NCBI GenBank assembly: GCA_964559435.1 | Contig: CAZLHI010000001.1 | Location: 103,168-167,167, forward strand | DNA length: 64,000 bases | Direction of reading: 5' to 3' | DNA from: an uncultured bacterium | GTDB lineage: Bacteria > Armatimonadota > Hebobacteria > Hebobacterales > Hebobacteraceae | In this document: piece by piece, positions 61,982-64,000 of the stretch | How positions within the stretch are numbered: position 1 is the first letter of the stretch | Layout of the letters: every line of letters starts with the position of its first letter | The notes under the pieces: generated by a model | What the model was told of the DNA's origin: nothing | Seen by the model: the letters and a program-made list of their open reading frames with translations, nothing else | The model's database searches: none | Translations under genes and position numbers: made by a program

Positions 61982-62352
61982 CTGCAGGCCTGCGGCCAAA
62001 GCCGACCGAGCTGGCCGAGCAGTGGGGAGTGGCGATCGTCCAGCTAGAGGCTCCCCCACCAGCCCAACCACGACTTCGCAGCGAGTACGCGGCCGATCCT
62101 CCTCGCATCACGCTCTTCTGTGACACGATAAACGCGCTCGGAGTTGCTCTACACGCCAATCAGCGCTTCGACATGATGAGGTGCGATCTCGTGGAGGTGC
62201 ACGTCGCCCACGAGTTGTTCCATCATCTGCAGTTCGGCCAACGCTTCGGTCCGCTCACACCGGAAGAGGTCGAGGCGGCCGCGCACGCGTTCGTGCAGGA
62301 GCTGATGGGCCTGGACTTCCATCCCGCAGAGTTCTCGCAGATGGCGGGATGA
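61930..62352 (+). CDS. Small HEXXH protein (ImmA/IrrE-like metallopeptidase motif); start uncertain
   Basis: HVAHELFHHL HEXXH, preceded by ...PTELAEQWGVAIVQLE..., resembling the N-terminal layout of M78/ImmA peptidases. The GTG at 61930 would overlap lspA by 52 nt; a later GTG near 62028 is also possible. Confidence 0.35.
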   Translation: MAQDVEALGQRVAHRFLAAGLRPKPTELAEQWGVAIVQLEAPPPAQPRLRSEYAADPPRITLFCDTINALGVALHANQRFDMMRCDLVEVHVAHELFHHLQFGQRFGPLTPEEVEAAAHAFVQELMGLDFHPAEFSQMAG

Positions 62353-62392
62353 GACTCCGCCGCATACCGCGGCAGCAGCGACCCATGTTGGC

Positions 62393-63235
62393 TTATCGTG
62401 GGGACATAGACTCTGGGTCGAGACTGCGCGGCACGGCATCGCGCAGATCGCGGAACTGGTAGTTCAAACCTCGGCGGAACGGTATCGGGTCAGCAGAGAC
62501 CTTCCTTGCCCGCGCAAGACACCGGCCGGCGGTATAGACCTCCACCTCAACATCGTCCAGTCCCATGAACTGGCACATCTCTCGTATGCAGAGTGTGGTG
62601 GGCTGCCACCACATGCCCATGGCGAAGCGGCCGAAGTTCGCGTAAGAGTGCTCATCATCAGCCACCGCGTTGCTCTCGATCAGAACCGTCCCTTCCAGCT
62701 TCAGCAGCTCGCGGATGACCAGCAGACCGACCAGCATGTCACTGAGGTGATACAGAACACCACTCAGGATCACCACGTCCACCGACGCGGCGCCCACGTG
62801 CTGTGGCAGCTGATACAACGATGAGAGAAGCGGGCGCACGTTGTCAACCTTGAAGACTTCGCACAGGTAAGCGCACTGCGCAACGTGCTCTGGGATTTCA
62901 TCGACAGCAATCACTTCGGCCGCGCCTTGCGATGCCATAAGGAGGCTCAGCGCGCCAGTGTGACACCCTATGTCTGCGACCCTCTTCCCCTCCAGGCTGC
63001 GCGGCCACCACCCAGCGGCCATGAGACGGCCAGCGATAGTCAGATAGTTATCCTTGAGTACGCCTTCCTTGGTGAAGGGGCCGAAGTCGATGGTATGGCC
63101 CCAGCCGTACTGCGCGTTCGCCGCCAGCTCCTCGACACGATTACGGACCCGCTCGATTTCCTCCGGCGTCATCGATGCCGGAAGCCTGAAGGGCCAGCTG
63201 GCCTGCGGGGCCTGCTGGGATTCTCTTCTAGACAT
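62393..63235 (-). CDS. Class I SAM-dependent methyltransferase
   Basis: SAM motif I (KRVADIGCHTGALS) and post-I (VIAVDE). Lies 32 nt downstream of the radical SAM gene on the same strand. Confidence 0.8.
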   Translation of the reverse strand: MSRRESQQAPQASWPFRLPASMTPEEIERVRNRVEELAANAQYGWGHTIDFGPFTKEGVLKDNYLTIAGRLMAAGWWPRSLEGKRVADIGCHTGALSLLMASQGAAEVIAVDEIPEHVAQCAYLCEVFKVDNVRPLLSSLYQLPQHVGAASVDVVILSGVLYHLSDMLVGLLVIRELLKLEGTVLIESNAVADDEHSYANFGRFAMGMWWQPTTLCIREMCQFMGLDDVEVEVYTAGRCLARARKVSADPIPFRRGLNYQFRDLRDAVPRSLDPESMSPR

Positions 63236-63267
63236 AGCCGACCTCCGATTCGGACTGCAACGAACCG

Positions 63268-64000
63268 TTACATGTTGGCGAGCGGAGCTTCGGTTTCGCG
63301 CTCCATCAGCGCAATGTGCGTCTTCTCGGCGTCAACCCCGTGTAGCCTACCGGCTGTACACAAGAGACAAAAGCGAGGCGGATCACCGCTATTGACACGG
63401 CGTCGGAGCTGACGATAGGCCGGCCCGTTCCAAATCCGCCAGAAGGAGTGCTCTGCAAGGCTTCCCATGTTTGCATTGGGAGCGTAGCAGCACGGGCGGA
63501 CTTCTCCCTCCCAGCGGACGAAGGCCACTTTCCAGGGGTCCAGGCAGCGGGCGGCCGAGGGCCGCCTGTCTGTTCCAAACCGCTCCGGCAGCTCAATGTT
63601 AAGCCCCAGCTCACCGGCTCGCACCCGTGCCTGATCGAGCATGCGATTGGCCAGGTCCTTGTGGTAGAACAGTGACTCAGACCGGAGGTCCTCGCCGTGT
63701 ACGACCAGGTACTGCACCGTGAGGTTGTCTGCCTCCATCTCGGCGGCGAGGTCGACCATGTTTGGGAGCTGCTCGATGTTCCGACGCATGGCGACGAAAA
63801 CCACGTGGACCGCCGGGTATGGCACCCCCATCTCGTGCTTGAGCCGAACGATCTGCCGGATTCGACTCTTCACGTCAGAGAAGGAGATACGAGGACGAAT
63901 TGAGGCATAGGTCTCCGGCTCCGGCGAGTCGATGCTAATATGAAGGAGCCTCAGTCCACGGGCGACGAGATGCTCCGCCCGCTGCTGCGTGAGCCGATGG
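63268..64000 (-). CDS. Radical SAM enzyme with a SPASM/twitch-type C-terminal Cys cluster (N-terminus outside the window)
   Basis: The minus frame is open to the window edge (...RLTQQRAEHLVARGLRLLHISIDSPEPETYASIRPRISFSDVKSRI...). The C-terminal CLDPW...GEVRPCC...FWRIWNG..Y..LR....C..C pattern is present. The Met at 63873 in the ORF track is internal. Confidence 0.8.
   Translation of the reverse strand, partial: HRLTQQRAEHLVARGLRLLHISIDSPEPETYASIRPRISFSDVKSRIRQIVRLKHEMGVPYPAVHVVFVAMRRNIEQLPNMVDLAAEMEADNLTVQYLVVHGEDLRSESLFYHKDLANRMLDQARVRAGELGLNIELPERFGTDRRPSAARCLDPWKVAFVRWEGEVRPCCYAPNANMGSLAEHSFWRIWNGPAYRQLRRRVNSGDPPRFCLLCTAGRLHGVDAEKTHIALMERETEAPLANM

Overview
This window is a chromosomal core segment from a very GC-rich bacterium (GC judged by eye, not computed). 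I found no rRNA, CRISPR array, transposase, integrase or prophage genes. The phylum cannot be assigned from sequence alone. SLH-domain surface proteins, a Firmicutes-style ftsQ-DUF881-sbp-ftsA arrangement and an LL-DAP aminotransferase suggest a Firmicutes-, Armatimonadota- or Chloroflexi-like lineage.

Gene content in order:
- Two SLH-anchored surface proteins and a small zinc-ribbon gene.
- A near-complete dcw cluster: mraZ-rsmH-ftsL-ftsI-murE-murF-mraY-murD-ftsW-murC-murB-ddl-ftsQ-DUF881-sbp-ftsA-murG. The genes are heavily translationally coupled, murG is displaced to the end, and no ftsZ follows ftsA.
- An HNH endonuclease, then a 545-bp intergenic region, then a membrane-anchored protein carrying two (G-M-R-G)n low-complexity arrays, then a rhomboid protease.
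- tRNA-Lys(UUU), an APC permease-USP fusion, and a three-gene ABC-2 transporter.
- aroA, a divergent aroC, and cstA.
- A minus-strand envelope-glycan module (rfbA-like, GHMP sugar kinase, galU, plus a relic epimerase fragment) and a GT2 glycosyltransferase.
- A long minus-strand gene string: mutL-miaA-(gap, no hfq)-dapF-dapL-hflX-HEXXH protein-rfbB-orphan N6-adenine DNA methyltransferase.
- A four-gene operon of exported thioredoxin-fold and non-canonical ModA-like binding proteins.
- rodA, DUF1844, and modA-modB without modC.
- A NUDIX/eIF-2B-like fusion, a CN-hydrolase, and prmA-acpS-nnr-lspA.
- A small HEXXH ORF, and a methyltransferase plus radical-SAM/SPASM pair that runs off the window.

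The most unusual items are the Trx/SBP operon, the (GMRG)n protein next to a rhomboid, the NUDIX-IF2B fusion and the operon-embedded orphan methyltransferase. None can be assigned a function from sequence alone. All calls come from reading the supplied translations and DNA; no database search was run.
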